A stretch of DNA of 63,732 nt, counting the filler, from Nitrospinae bacterium RIFCSPLOWO2_12_FULL_45_22 (GTDB lineage: Bacteria > 2-12-FULL-45-22), in the NCBI GenBank assembly GCA_001803565.1. It is 7 parts of 7 records of this genome, joined end to end, with 100 filler letters (N's around TTAATTAATTAA, not from the genome) between each part and the next. Parts side by side here need not be neighbours in the genome. Positions count along the whole stretch, not along the records: positions 25,793 to 42,302 come from MHDQ01000229.1; 6 more parts are not named here. One strand, 5' to 3'. Position numbers and translations under genes: made by a program. Shown here one piece after another: positions 31,188-40,460 of the stretch (within the stretch, counting starts at the first letter, position 1; every line of letters starts with the position of its first letter). The notes beneath the pieces are model-generated. The model was given only the letters and a program-made list of their open reading frames with translations, had not been told where the DNA came from and did no database searches.

Positions 31188-32191
31188 AAAGTGTTTACCT
31201 TGGGTAATGGCAAGAAAAATTGAAAAGTGTTGCCTATACCCCACGAATAGTAGGGAATATTGTGTTCAACGGGTGTAGTGGTAATTATATTAAGTGGTAT
31301 CTTTGGATTAGATAGAAGATAAAAGAAAATGCCTATTATCTGTGGCTTTGTGCCAAGAGGTGATATAAATATGTTATATTTTTTAGTTATGGCATCAGTA
31401 ATATATTTCTTAAGAACATTACTTGTTTCAACTGGATTGAGTGCAGAAATACTATCTTTAGAAGGTATCTCTTTCAAAAGTAGTTCGTTATATTTTTCGC
31501 AGTATGTATCCCATGTGGGTATGGAGCCAGGTTTTGTCACGAAAAGCAGATTAACATTTGCATCAAATTTATTAATCAACGACCATGCTCTCATCTCCTC
31601 GTAACCTAAAATGATTATCAAAAGGTCATCTCTGGTAGAAAACCATTCATTCCAATAGAATGGTAAAATATGAATCCCCTTAATTCCATAAGACAATTCA
31701 CCTTCTTCCGGTGATGCATAATTTTTTGGTATCGTATAAAGCAGTCGTAATTTTTCTACATTAAGAAACTTTCTTATGTAAAATAGGGTATCTAACAAAA
31801 GACTTTTTGTAAAGGTGGTTATATCCATTGTAATCACGAGATTTTTATGCCCCAATAAACTGTTATGTTTACAGTAATTATGAAATTTTAGAATGCTTTC
31901 AGTACTTTTTCCATGCTCAACGGCAATTGTATAATATTTCTCCTCAAAGGTTTCAATTTTAAAAAGGCTTTGCATTTCTTCAATAAGATTCTCTCTTTTC
32001 TCGTTTGGCTCTGTAAATCTAAACAATACTATCCTCTCTGAAAAGTTAGTTTCACACCTTTGTGGTACCCCCAAACATCTTTCCTCAAAACTACCGCATG
32101 TTAAAAAAATAGTGTCAGGTACATCTTTTCTAATAGAGAAAATTCTATCAACTCTTTTTGGTTGCAATTCATCCATGCTACAAATCTCCAA
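31184..32191 (-). CDS. Uncharacterised protein, possibly tandem Rossmann/CARF-like; partner of the ATPase
   Basis: 335-aa ORF with SFEERC, MDITTFTK, ILGYE and ISPLGTKP motifs; overlaps or abuts both neighbours. Confidence 0.7.
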   Translation of the reverse strand: MEICSMDELQPKRVDRIFSIRKDVPDTIFLTCGSFEERCLGVPQRCETNFSERIVLFRFTEPNEKRENLIEEMQSLFKIETFEEKYYTIAVEHGKSTESILKFHNYCKHNSLLGHKNLVITMDITTFTKSLLLDTLFYIRKFLNVEKLRLLYTIPKNYASPEEGELSYGIKGIHILPFYWNEWFSTRDDLLIIILGYEEMRAWSLINKFDANVNLLFVTKPGSIPTWDTYCEKYNELLLKEIPSKDSISALNPVETSNVLKKYITDAITKKYNIFISPLGTKPQIIGIFFYLLSNPKIPLNIITTTPVEHNIPYYSWGIGNTFQFFLPLPKVNTL

Positions 32192-34997
32192 GTCTTATCT
32201 GAAGGTCATTTCTTAACAATTCTTTCAACTCTGCTAAATTTGTATATTCTATAGCCCATGGTCTTAGATCCGAAATAGGACGCTCAGAACTTAAGCTGGT
32301 ATTATGAAGCTGAATGAATTTCTTATCTCTTCCAAATGCAAGACCAAGGCCAAACATCATGGATATGTCATTATAGGTAGTGTCAATGATACAAAAAGAG
32401 GAGCTTCTGATTGCTTTACACATCTGGCATAAATTAGCCAAAGTTTTTGCAGGGACGTGTACTACAATTTGGTGTTTTTGACTTAGAAGTTCTCTAATTA
32501 GCCTCTCAGTGGTCTTAAAGAAATCTTGATTTTTATCGAAAGGCATGCCTATGAATATCTTGCCTTCTTTTGTTTCGACCTTCATATTTGGACAATTGCC
32601 TCTAAGCACCCAGCATGATACTTGACGTTCTTTCTTTGTGTTTTCAATTGTAGGCAAAATTTTATCCTGAATAGTTTCAGCTATGCTAGCCGGACTTAGT
32701 TGATACGGCGTATACTCTATCCCTTCCAAAGGCGGGGGAGGAAAATTCGCCTTATGATTGGGTGGGATTTTTTCCTTATAAACCAGCATAAAGTTTAGTT
32801 TATTTAATCCAGTTGCCATTCCCAATTCAAATATTACATTTGGATTAACCTCAGTAATCTCAAAAAGACCAATTGGCATTTGCCTTACGCAAGAGCAAAT
32901 TTTACAAAGGATTAGTCCTCCCTTTACCTCAACATCATCAACATCTACACATCGAATCTTAAAATTATCATGCATCGATTCCTTTATCCATCTCCTAGGA
33001 TCTTTAACCCAACTTTTTGGGTCAAAAGGGATGGCCAGAAAAGCTTTGGCTTTTATCTCCGATAAAGAATATTTTATTAAATTTTGATTACATCCAACAC
33101 CTGTAACTGGACAATTAGAAAGGTTCAAAGGGATCTTTTTATCATTGAATGGAAAAAGCGAAGTCTGCTTTGTCTGTTTATCTTTCTTACGCACAACCCT
33201 CTTTCTTTCCTCAATTTGCTTGATAATCTTTTCAAGTGTTTCTGTGCGGTTCTCAGTAGAACATAACCCTTTCAATTCTTCTACCTTAAGCTCAGTCCGC
33301 CAACGCTTTTCGAGTGAGATTCCAAGCAAAGGACTAAAGATCCAATTTAAACTAAAAGATTCCGGCATTGGATATTTCACATCTCTTGGTTTAAAAGAAA
33401 CCTCACTAAGAAATACTGGTAAATCTAACCCACTTTCAATAAGTCCTCTCACTATTCTATAGTCTTCATCCTCAAACTTCTCGCTGTCAATTATTTCAAT
33501 TCTATTTGCCTGGGGTTGAGTTGAGAAATGGAGCTTGGCGCGCAAGATACTTCCGATATCAAAAATGAATCGTCCCAATTTTTGCCCATATTGATTGGTA
33601 ACATTTTGTGGGATTGTAATTGTAAGTTCTCTCTTGGAAACCTCCCATGCGGCTTTAGATTGAGTATGCACATCTATGGATTGTCCTTCTTCAATTCTCA
33701 TTCCATTTTGACGGGCTAATGAAAAAGCCCCACGACATAACCATATAAAAAGTCGTATTATTCCAGACGATAGAGCAACATACTCATCAAATCCTGCATA
33801 CAATTTATCCTTTCCTTTTTGCCTAAGTAACCTATATATTGCTGCATCTCTATAATGTCCTTCAAAATTTTTCCGATACACTTCAGGGTCTTCGATATTT
33901 TTCTTTTTCGTTAAATCATTGCGTATCTTTTTTAATTCTCTTTGGATTTCTTCTTCTGTTAAATCTTCGTATTTCAATGTGAGTGATGGGAGCAATCTCC
34001 CAGGATCTTTTTCCTTATAAAAACTATCATACAGATTTAACCTATTGACAAATATATCTTTTGCGAGGCGCTTATATGGTGCCCGAGTCTCTCTTGATAC
34101 ATCAAAATGCAGAGGTATTATTTCATAGTCATGTACCTCATCAATTCTTTCTAAAGTTTTAATACCTTTAATCTTTGAGGCAATCCTGAAAATCAACCTG
34201 CGTTGTTTTATAAGACGATTAATTAGTTTTTGCTGGTAGGTATCTAAATCTTCATACTCATCAATTAAAACGAACAAAACCTTTTCACTCAAAATTTCTA
34301 TTTCATTTCGGATAATATTGAAAAGTTCTAATATAAAATCAGGGGTGTTAGTAAAATGTAGGTTTTCTCTAAACTTAGAAAAATCCTTTTCATAGGGAAA
34401 CAATTTTACAAAATTTTGAATTTCCTTTATTTCACTATCTAATGAATTAAAGATCTCAGAAAAAGTGTGGCCCCTTAGTATTGCAGTTCTTCCAGCAATT
34501 TTGAGCCAGATTTTTGCTTTTTTCTCTTTTGGGATATCTGAAAAATTGATGCAGAAAAACCGGGTTGCATCCAAAATTGCTCTGCCTATTTGCAAGTTAA
34601 ATAAATGCTCAAAAATGGGATTAAGCTGATCAATTGAAAGAAACGATATATTCTCGGTTGAAAGAGGAAAAAAACAATCTGATTTGACATAGACACCAAA
34701 ATATCCTCTATTATAGTCTCTCATGATCAATTCTTTCTTATTTAATTTTCTTCTTATATCGTTAATTACGGATTGGACTGATAACATTCTAAGAATATGT
34801 GATTTTCCACAGCCTCTTCCACCCATTATTATTAGTGCTTTCGTAATACTTGGATCTTCTAATTTGTCCATAAATCCTGGAGGAGCAAAACAGCTAACCA
34901 ATTCTTTATAATTCGCTGGAAATTCTTCCACTCTCCAGTCTTCTAATCGATCTTTGGCAAAAGGGTTTTGCCAGGCAATCTTATTATTGTTGATCAT
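32178..34997 (-). CDS. ORC/CDC6-like P-loop ATPase with two C-terminal NDT/TIR-like domains
   Basis: Walker A GGRGCGKS and Walker B VLIDEYE. C-terminal repeats AFLAIPF...NPNVIFELGMA and IFIGMPF...DISMMFGLGLA. Confidence 0.8.
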   Translation of the reverse strand: MINNNKIAWQNPFAKDRLEDWRVEEFPANYKELVSCFAPPGFMDKLEDPSITKALIIMGGRGCGKSHILRMLSVQSVINDIRRKLNKKELIMRDYNRGYFGVYVKSDCFFPLSTENISFLSIDQLNPIFEHLFNLQIGRAILDATRFFCINFSDIPKEKKAKIWLKIAGRTAILRGHTFSEIFNSLDSEIKEIQNFVKLFPYEKDFSKFRENLHFTNTPDFILELFNIIRNEIEILSEKVLFVLIDEYEDLDTYQQKLINRLIKQRRLIFRIASKIKGIKTLERIDEVHDYEIIPLHFDVSRETRAPYKRLAKDIFVNRLNLYDSFYKEKDPGRLLPSLTLKYEDLTEEEIQRELKKIRNDLTKKKNIEDPEVYRKNFEGHYRDAAIYRLLRQKGKDKLYAGFDEYVALSSGIIRLFIWLCRGAFSLARQNGMRIEEGQSIDVHTQSKAAWEVSKRELTITIPQNVTNQYGQKLGRFIFDIGSILRAKLHFSTQPQANRIEIIDSEKFEDEDYRIVRGLIESGLDLPVFLSEVSFKPRDVKYPMPESFSLNWIFSPLLGISLEKRWRTELKVEELKGLCSTENRTETLEKIIKQIEERKRVVRKKDKQTKQTSLFPFNDKKIPLNLSNCPVTGVGCNQNLIKYSLSEIKAKAFLAIPFDPKSWVKDPRRWIKESMHDNFKIRCVDVDDVEVKGGLILCKICSCVRQMPIGLFEITEVNPNVIFELGMATGLNKLNFMLVYKEKIPPNHKANFPPPPLEGIEYTPYQLSPASIAETIQDKILPTIENTKKERQVSCWVLRGNCPNMKVETKEGKIFIGMPFDKNQDFFKTTERLIRELLSQKHQIVVHVPAKTLANLCQMCKAIRSSSFCIIDTTYNDISMMFGLGLAFGRDKKFIQLHNTSLSSERPISDLRPWAIEYTNLAELKELLRNDLQIRLGDL

Positions 34998-35264
34998 ACC
35001 TACACCTCCATTATTCCATTAACCATATGCGCCACAAACAATTCTTCTTTAATCGGGGGCCTTGCAAAGATTTTGTAATTGTTTAGTCAATATTAGGATT
35101 TTAACCACGGATGGACACAGATAGCGTAAAGCTTAAAGCGCAAAGTGCAAAACTAAGGAATAAATTACCTCAGCTTTAATCTTTACACTCTACGCTTTGG
35201 TCATCCGTGTGTATCCGTGGCAAATATTATAAGGCTTTATTTGGCTAAACTATTACAAGATTTT

Positions 35265-36575
35265 TTATTTTTTTATGCCCTGGGCTAATGCTGTCTGAAA
35301 ATGGATATTGGCATTCCTTAGGGCACAAAAAGAGCCACACATAGTACAGGTATCAGCCAGGGAAGGCTGCCGGGCTTCACGGATCTTTCTGGCTTCATTG
35401 CCATAAAGCGCCAGGGCAAACTGGGCATCCCAGTCCAGGTCTCGGCGGGCTTTGCTGATAGCCAGGTCGCGCTGCCGTCCTTTATCTTTATACTTGTTCA
35501 TATCGCCAATATGGACCGCTACTTTAGCTACTTTCACACCGGTCTTTACATCTTCTATAGTAGGTAGGGCCAGGTGCTCGGCCGGGGTAATATAACAGAT
35601 CAGATCAGCGCCATAGCGCGATGAACAAGCGGCACCAATAGCAGCGGCTATATGGTCAAAGCCGGGCGCAACATCAGTAGCGATAGGCCCCAGCATATAA
35701 TAAGGGGCATCATTGCTCATCCTTTTCTGTAATATGATATTAGCTTCTATCTCATCCAAAGGGACATGCCCCGGCCCTTCCACCATCATCTGACACCCCA
35801 TCTGCAGGCCGATCTCTGCTAACTCGCAATTTATTACCAGCTCCTGGATCTGGGCCCGGTCGCTCGAATCATGGATAGCCCCGGCTCGCAGACCATTCCC
35901 CAGCGATAATACACCATTATATCTCTTGAGGATATTCACTACCCGATCAAATTGCTCATAAAGGGGGTTTTCCCGGTTGTTATGGAGCATCCAGGCCACC
36001 ATAGAGCTGCCACCCTTAGAGACCAGGCCACCATAGCGGTACCCTTGTCGCTTGAGGCGATCTATTGTGTAGAGGTTGATGCCGCAATGGATAGCCATAA
36101 ATGAGATCCCATCCGCACATTGCTTTTCTATAACATCAAATAGGAGTTCTTCATCTAGCTTATTGGGAGCGCCATATTTTCGATTAGCCTCACAAAATGC
36201 CTGATATAAAGGGACACTACCGACGGGTATTTTCACGGCGGCTATAATCTCTTGCCGTACCCGATCCAGGTCTCCGCCTACACTAAGGTCCATCAAGGTG
36301 TCAGCACCAGCTTCTTCCGCGGCTAATGCCTTAGCTACTTCTTCAGCAATACTACAAATATCAGGCGAGGTGCCTATACTGGCATTGATCTTTGTCCAGA
36401 GGCCCTTGCCGATCCCTACCGGCTTAGCCTTATGCTGCGGGTTAGCGGGGATGATAACCTGTCCCAAGGCCATCTTCTGCTGGATGTACCTGGGTTCTAC
36501 CCCCTCTACCTTTGCTACCTCCTTCATCTCGGAGGTTATGATCCCTTCTTTAGCCAATTCTACTAATGTTGCCAT
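35265..36575 (-). CDS. bzaF: 5-hydroxybenzimidazole synthase (ThiC paralog; anaerobic cobamide lower-ligand synthesis)
   Basis: ThiC fold with C-terminal CTMCGSFC. KINASIG, VSKGG, LGNGLRAG and YYMLGP match BzaF as I recall it, against ThiC NIG/VSRGG/LGDGLRPG. Neighbours are an O-methyltransferase and DUF2284. Confidence 0.85.
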   Translation of the reverse strand: MATLVELAKEGIITSEMKEVAKVEGVEPRYIQQKMALGQVIIPANPQHKAKPVGIGKGLWTKINASIGTSPDICSIAEEVAKALAAEEAGADTLMDLSVGGDLDRVRQEIIAAVKIPVGSVPLYQAFCEANRKYGAPNKLDEELLFDVIEKQCADGISFMAIHCGINLYTIDRLKRQGYRYGGLVSKGGSSMVAWMLHNNRENPLYEQFDRVVNILKRYNGVLSLGNGLRAGAIHDSSDRAQIQELVINCELAEIGLQMGCQMMVEGPGHVPLDEIEANIILQKRMSNDAPYYMLGPIATDVAPGFDHIAAAIGAACSSRYGADLICYITPAEHLALPTIEDVKTGVKVAKVAVHIGDMNKYKDKGRQRDLAISKARRDLDWDAQFALALYGNEARKIREARQPSLADTCTMCGSFCALRNANIHFQTALAQGIKK

Positions 36576-36724
36576 CTCTACCTCCCCAAATTATATTCAG
36601 GACGCGGATTTCCGCAGATTCACGCAGATAAAACGGTAAGGAGTGAGGCGTAAGGAGTAAGCAGTTATCTGCTCACTGTTCTACAATCTTGAAAATCTAC
36701 GTTCATCTGTGTCCCAAAATTATT

Positions 36725-37726
36725 TTATTTAACCGCTATAATTAGTGAAGTGCCACCGGTTAATGGTTTTAGCCGGGACCCAGAAAAGCCGAGGTTTTCC
36801 AGGATGCTCCGGAGCTCATCCCAGCCGTAATTCCTGCCTCCCCAGGTACCTACCAGCATATTCAGTGAGAAAAGGGCCCCTTGCCAGGGGATAGGGTTGT
36901 CATCAGTTAAGACATAGTCATGGATTATCAGACACCCTTGCGGCCTCAATGCCCTATAGGCCCGAGCAAAGATATTATTGTTGGTCTCAGGGTCATACAT
37001 ATGAATCAGTTGAGAGATCAGGATAACATCATAAATCCTATCTCCATAGTCCTCGTAGCGGCAATCTCCCTCCTTATAAGAGACCCTGCCCTGGCCATTA
37101 AGTAGCGGTGAGATATCTCTTACCATTTTTATTATATGGGGCAAGTCAAAGAGGGTGATCTGGGGATGAGGGTATTGAGCCAATAATAATCGCGTGATAG
37201 GGGCCAGGCCACAGCCCAGGTCTAATAAATGATCTTTACCTTCTAAATCCAGACTAGCTATTATCTCGGGAGCCACCAGGCTAGTAGCCTGCTCCATAGC
37301 CCTAATAAACAGGGTCAACTGGGAAGGATCAGGTTCGGTATAGGTATTTGATATGAGTGGTTGGCCGGATTTTAGTACCTCAGCCAGCCCTTCCCAGTAA
37401 TTTTTCATGTACTCGGTATGGGAGATAAAATCGCCTATATAACCCTGTCTGCCCTTAACCAGGTATTGATTGCTCAATGGACTGTTATAATATTGCTGAT
37501 CATTGCTCCTGGTTAGCAGGCCCAGGTTAGTGAGGGCAGTCAGGAAAATAGTAGTAGCACGAGGGTCCAGTTGAAGATGGGCAGCTATCTCTTCTGCATC
37601 CATAGGGCCTCCGGCCAAAAGCTCAAAAATACCTGCTCGGTGGGCCACAAATAGGGATTGCGAAAGCCAATAGCCACGGCTAAGCTGGATCAAATAATCT
37701 GCCCCTTTATCCTTTAACAACTCCAT
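36725..37726 (-). CDS. SAM-dependent O-methyltransferase with dimerisation domain (BzaC-like)
   Basis: LLDLGCG and LFDLP motifs, N-terminal winged-helix dimerisation region, adjacent to bzaF. Confidence 0.8.
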   Translation of the reverse strand: MELLKDKGADYLIQLSRGYWLSQSLFVAHRAGIFELLAGGPMDAEEIAAHLQLDPRATTIFLTALTNLGLLTRSNDQQYYNSPLSNQYLVKGRQGYIGDFISHTEYMKNYWEGLAEVLKSGQPLISNTYTEPDPSQLTLFIRAMEQATSLVAPEIIASLDLEGKDHLLDLGCGLAPITRLLLAQYPHPQITLFDLPHIIKMVRDISPLLNGQGRVSYKEGDCRYEDYGDRIYDVILISQLIHMYDPETNNNIFARAYRALRPQGCLIIHDYVLTDDNPIPWQGALFSLNMLVGTWGGRNYGWDELRSILENLGFSGSRLKPLTGGTSLIIAVK

Positions 37727-37900
37727 CCCTTATTGCTGAAAGTGTTGAGCTGTCAACAATCAGCAGTCAACTCTTTCCGTTAGTAGTAAGGCATGAGGCG
37801 TAAGGTGATTTTTTTCCTCACGCCTTACCCCTCACTCACTCCTTACGCCTCACGATTGATTTCGCTGAAAGCTGATGGCTGATAGCTAATCGCTTATGTA

Positions 37901-38395
37901 TTATCTGAGTAATACCAGGCCAAAAAAATCCCTGGACTTATCCTTTTCTGCCACGAACCTACCTTCCCAACCACAACGCCTTACCGTGCTAAACACATCT
38001 ATCCCCGTGGCTTCCATAGAAGGCCGGGCCTGGGTAGGGTGTTGGCAGGGGCGGCTAGTATCACAAGACTCACATAGCCGGCAGGGACCAGAGCCCAGTC
38101 CAAAGGCTTTAACAAAACCGCGGTTAAGGAAGGCCCTTTCCAATTCTGTAGCTAGATACCGGATTAACCAGCTACTGTCAGCCCGGAAGAGCAATGCCTC
38201 ATTATAATCTCTTAATATAAGCCTCATCTCTTCGAGAGAAGGGGAGAAAGGTGGGCAGACCAGGCAATTGTTGTAATAAGGACAGCCATATTTACATTTT
38301 AGAAATACCCAGGGGGCAGTCACAATGTTTCTGACAGCAATCACCTGGGCATCGTGACAACCAAGATGCCGGGCCAGTTGCTCTAAATCTTCCAT
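37901..38395 (-). CDS. DUF2284 Cys-rich metal-binding protein
   Basis: KCKYGCPYY...CPP, GPCRLCESC...C and ARPSMEATGIDV motifs. The real start is likely ATG 38395, because the longer ORF is translated repeat DNA. Confidence 0.85.
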   Translation of the reverse strand: MEDLEQLARHLGCHDAQVIAVRNIVTAPWVFLKCKYGCPYYNNCLVCPPFSPSLEEMRLILRDYNEALLFRADSSWLIRYLATELERAFLNRGFVKAFGLGSGPCRLCESCDTSRPCQHPTQARPSMEATGIDVFSTVRRCGWEGRFVAEKDKSRDFFGLVLLR

Positions 38396-38470
38396 CTGCG
38401 GGTTATGGGTTACGGGTTGCGGGTTAAGGGTTAAACTCGCAACTCGCAACTATTATTTTACTTATTATCG

Positions 38471-38710
38471 CTATTCTTTCTGGATGATTATTTCCCAATC
38501 AGAGCCATTTATAGGGGCTACTTTTAATACCTTATTCCCTTCATGTTCCATACTTCGAGGTACATTCTTGGTAGCAGGTAAATAATTAACGATAACACGC
38601 AATATAGACCCCGAGGCCATCTCTTCTATGGCCAGTTTGGACTTTACAAAGGTATAGGGGCAGACCTCTCCTTTAAGGTCAAGCTCTTTATCAATCACCA
38701 GGTTCTCCAC
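38471..38710 (-). CDS. TusA-family sulfur carrier
   Basis: LDLKGEVCPYTFVK motif; GTG start behind GAGAGGAG. Confidence 0.88.
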   Translation of the reverse strand: MENLVIDKELDLKGEVCPYTFVKSKLAIEEMASGSILRVIVNYLPATKNVPRSMEHEGNKVLKVAPINGSDWEIIIQKE

Positions 38711-38738
38711 AATTCTCCTCTCTGTTCTTAAATTTGTT

Positions 38739-38962
38739 ACCACAAAGACACAAAGAACACAAAGAATTTAATTAACAATCCTTCGGATGCCATCCTTAAG
38801 AACTGGAACATTAAAATTGATGAGCAACCCAAGCCACAAATCAGAAAGTTTAAGATATGTCAGAAGTTGCGCTTCATGTAGATGTACCTCTATCGCCGAA
38901 CCAATTATAAGATTTGATAACTCATCGCTTTTCTTAGTGCACTTTGTGGCTTTGTGGTTCAT
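38739..38962 (-). pseudogene. Internally deleted GxxExxY gene bounded by 9-mer inverted repeats
   Basis: N-terminal [14 protein letters not shown] is fused directly to C-terminal [10 protein letters not shown]...GLLINFN...GIRRIVN. The central GxxExxY part is missing. Confidence 0.8.
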
Positions 38963-38975
38963 CTTATCTTAATTC

Positions 38976-39335
38976 CTAATAAGAAATGACTATGTGGCTT
39001 TGGGCCAGCAGTCCGGCAATCTCTGCCCGGGTCTTTATCTCTACTGGAAGCGATAATTGCCCTAATCCTCGCTCCTCTAAAGATTCTCTTTCTACCACCA
39101 ATGGACAATCCAGACTTTGCAAAGTCTCGATGTGTCGGGCCAACGGGGCTGAGCCAATAGCCTCTGGTGAGGTCTTCAGCAAGGTATATACCCCATCCTC
39201 CAAAAAAATTACCTGCACCTTATCATCCCTTAAGGTAAGCCCCAGGCTCATCCGCAGGGCATCGGCGTTCCTTACGGTATCAAAGGGTGCCTTTCTAAGG
39301 AGTACTGATATAGTTTTTTCTGCGTCTCGGGCCAT
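38976..39335 (-). CDS. DsrE/DsrF (TusC-like) family protein
   Basis: RKAPF, FLEDGVY and ESLEERGL motifs. Confidence 0.8.
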   Translation of the reverse strand: MARDAEKTISVLLRKAPFDTVRNADALRMSLGLTLRDDKVQVIFLEDGVYTLLKTSPEAIGSAPLARHIETLQSLDCPLVVERESLEERGLGQLSLPVEIKTRAEIAGLLAQSHIVISY

Positions 39336-39338
39336 GGG

Positions 39339-39650
39339 TCAATTCAAGCTTATGAATCTATCGCATTCATGAGCGATACAGGCCAGGTCATATTGACTGC
39401 CAAAGACTACTCCTTCCCTCTCCTCGCTAATGGCTCGCTCCTGGGCATTAAAATCACAGAGGGTTATATTAGCCCCTTTTTCGCGCAAGGCTATAAACCC
39501 CTTATGATAGATATTATAAACCCCATCGCACATCAGGAAGATATGGACTTCTCTTGCTGTAGCCAGGGCTGCTTCTGCTAAGCGGATGCAAGTATAGGTA
39601 TTTTCGTTTTCTGGGCTGGTAGTTAATAAGATACCTAGTTTTTGCGCCAT
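39339..39650 (-). CDS. DsrE (TusD-like) family protein
   Basis: IFLMCDGVY, LCDFNAQER and GSQYDL motifs. Confidence 0.8.
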   Translation of the reverse strand: MAQKLGILLTTSPENENTYTCIRLAEAALATAREVHIFLMCDGVYNIYHKGFIALREKGANITLCDFNAQERAISEEREGVVFGSQYDLACIAHECDRFISLN

Positions 39651-40460
39651 CTAACGAGCCCCTAAGGTACAGAATTGTTCGTAATCAATCAGCTCTGTAA
39701 TGGTCGGATTGATGCCACAGAGCGGGCAATGGTTATCCTTTTTCAGCCTTACCCCTCTGAAGTCCATGCTTAAGGCATCAAAAAGCAACAACCTGCCTAC
39801 CAGGGGCTCGCCCTTTCCCAGGATAAGCTTTATCGTCTCGATAGCTTGAATAGTGCCGATAATCCCTGGTAATACGCCTAAAACACCGGCTTCCTGACAG
39901 CTAGGCACCATATCGGCTGGTGGTGGTTCCGGGTAGAGGCAGCGATAACATGGCCCCTCAGGGGGTTTAAATACCGTGGCCTGCCCTTCAAACCGAAATA
40001 TACTACCATGGACATTGGGCTTGCCTAGCATTACACAGGCATCATTGATCAGGTAACGGGTAGGGAAATTATCACTACCATCTACTATTATGTCATAGCC
40101 CGCAAAGAGCGATAGAATATTGTCAGTAGTAAGCCTTTCGGGATAAGTATTGACCGTTACATCAGGATTCAGGGAGACCATAGTCTCTTTAGCAGAGTCT
40201 ACCTTGAGCCGGCCTATATCGCTGGTATTATGCAGGATCTGCCGCTGCAAATTACTCAGTTCCACTACATCGGAGTCTATGATACCAATAGTCCCTATGC
40301 CTGCGGCGGCTAAATAATAGGCACAGGGCGACCCTAAACCGCCAGCACCGACCAGTAGTACCTTTGCTTCCAGGAGCTTCTGCTGTCCACTACCACCTAC
40401 TTCTTTAAGGATAATATGACGACTGTAGCGCCGGATCTGCTCTTCACTGAATTTATGCAT
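39651..40460 (-). CDS. MoeB/ThiF-family adenylyltransferase
   Basis: RYSRHI, GAGGLGSP, SNLQRQ, CYRC and SCQEAGVLG motifs. Confidence 0.92.
   Translation of the reverse strand: MHKFSEEQIRRYSRHIILKEVGGSGQQKLLEAKVLLVGAGGLGSPCAYYLAAAGIGTIGIIDSDVVELSNLQRQILHNTSDIGRLKVDSAKETMVSLNPDVTVNTYPERLTTDNILSLFAGYDIIVDGSDNFPTRYLINDACVMLGKPNVHGSIFRFEGQATVFKPPEGPCYRCLYPEPPPADMVPSCQEAGVLGVLPGIIGTIQAIETIKLILGKGEPLVGRLLLFDALSMDFRGVRLKKDNHCPLCGINPTITELIDYEQFCTLGAR

Noticed and set aside
29925-32191. Simple type II restriction-modification pair
   Set aside because: ORF2 shows no recognisable PD-(D/E)xK, HNH or GIY-YIG motif and is coupled to the ATPase. This is not fully excluded without a profile search.
35265-36575. 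Annotation as thiC
   Set aside because: The diagnostic residues and the methyltransferase/DUF2284 context favour BzaF. I saw no TPP or cobalamin riboswitch upstream.
38396-38449. N-terminal extensions of DUF2284, TusA and UbiD (48413-48472) in the ORF track
   Set aside because: They are translated intergenic repeat DNA. Downstream starts fit the families better.
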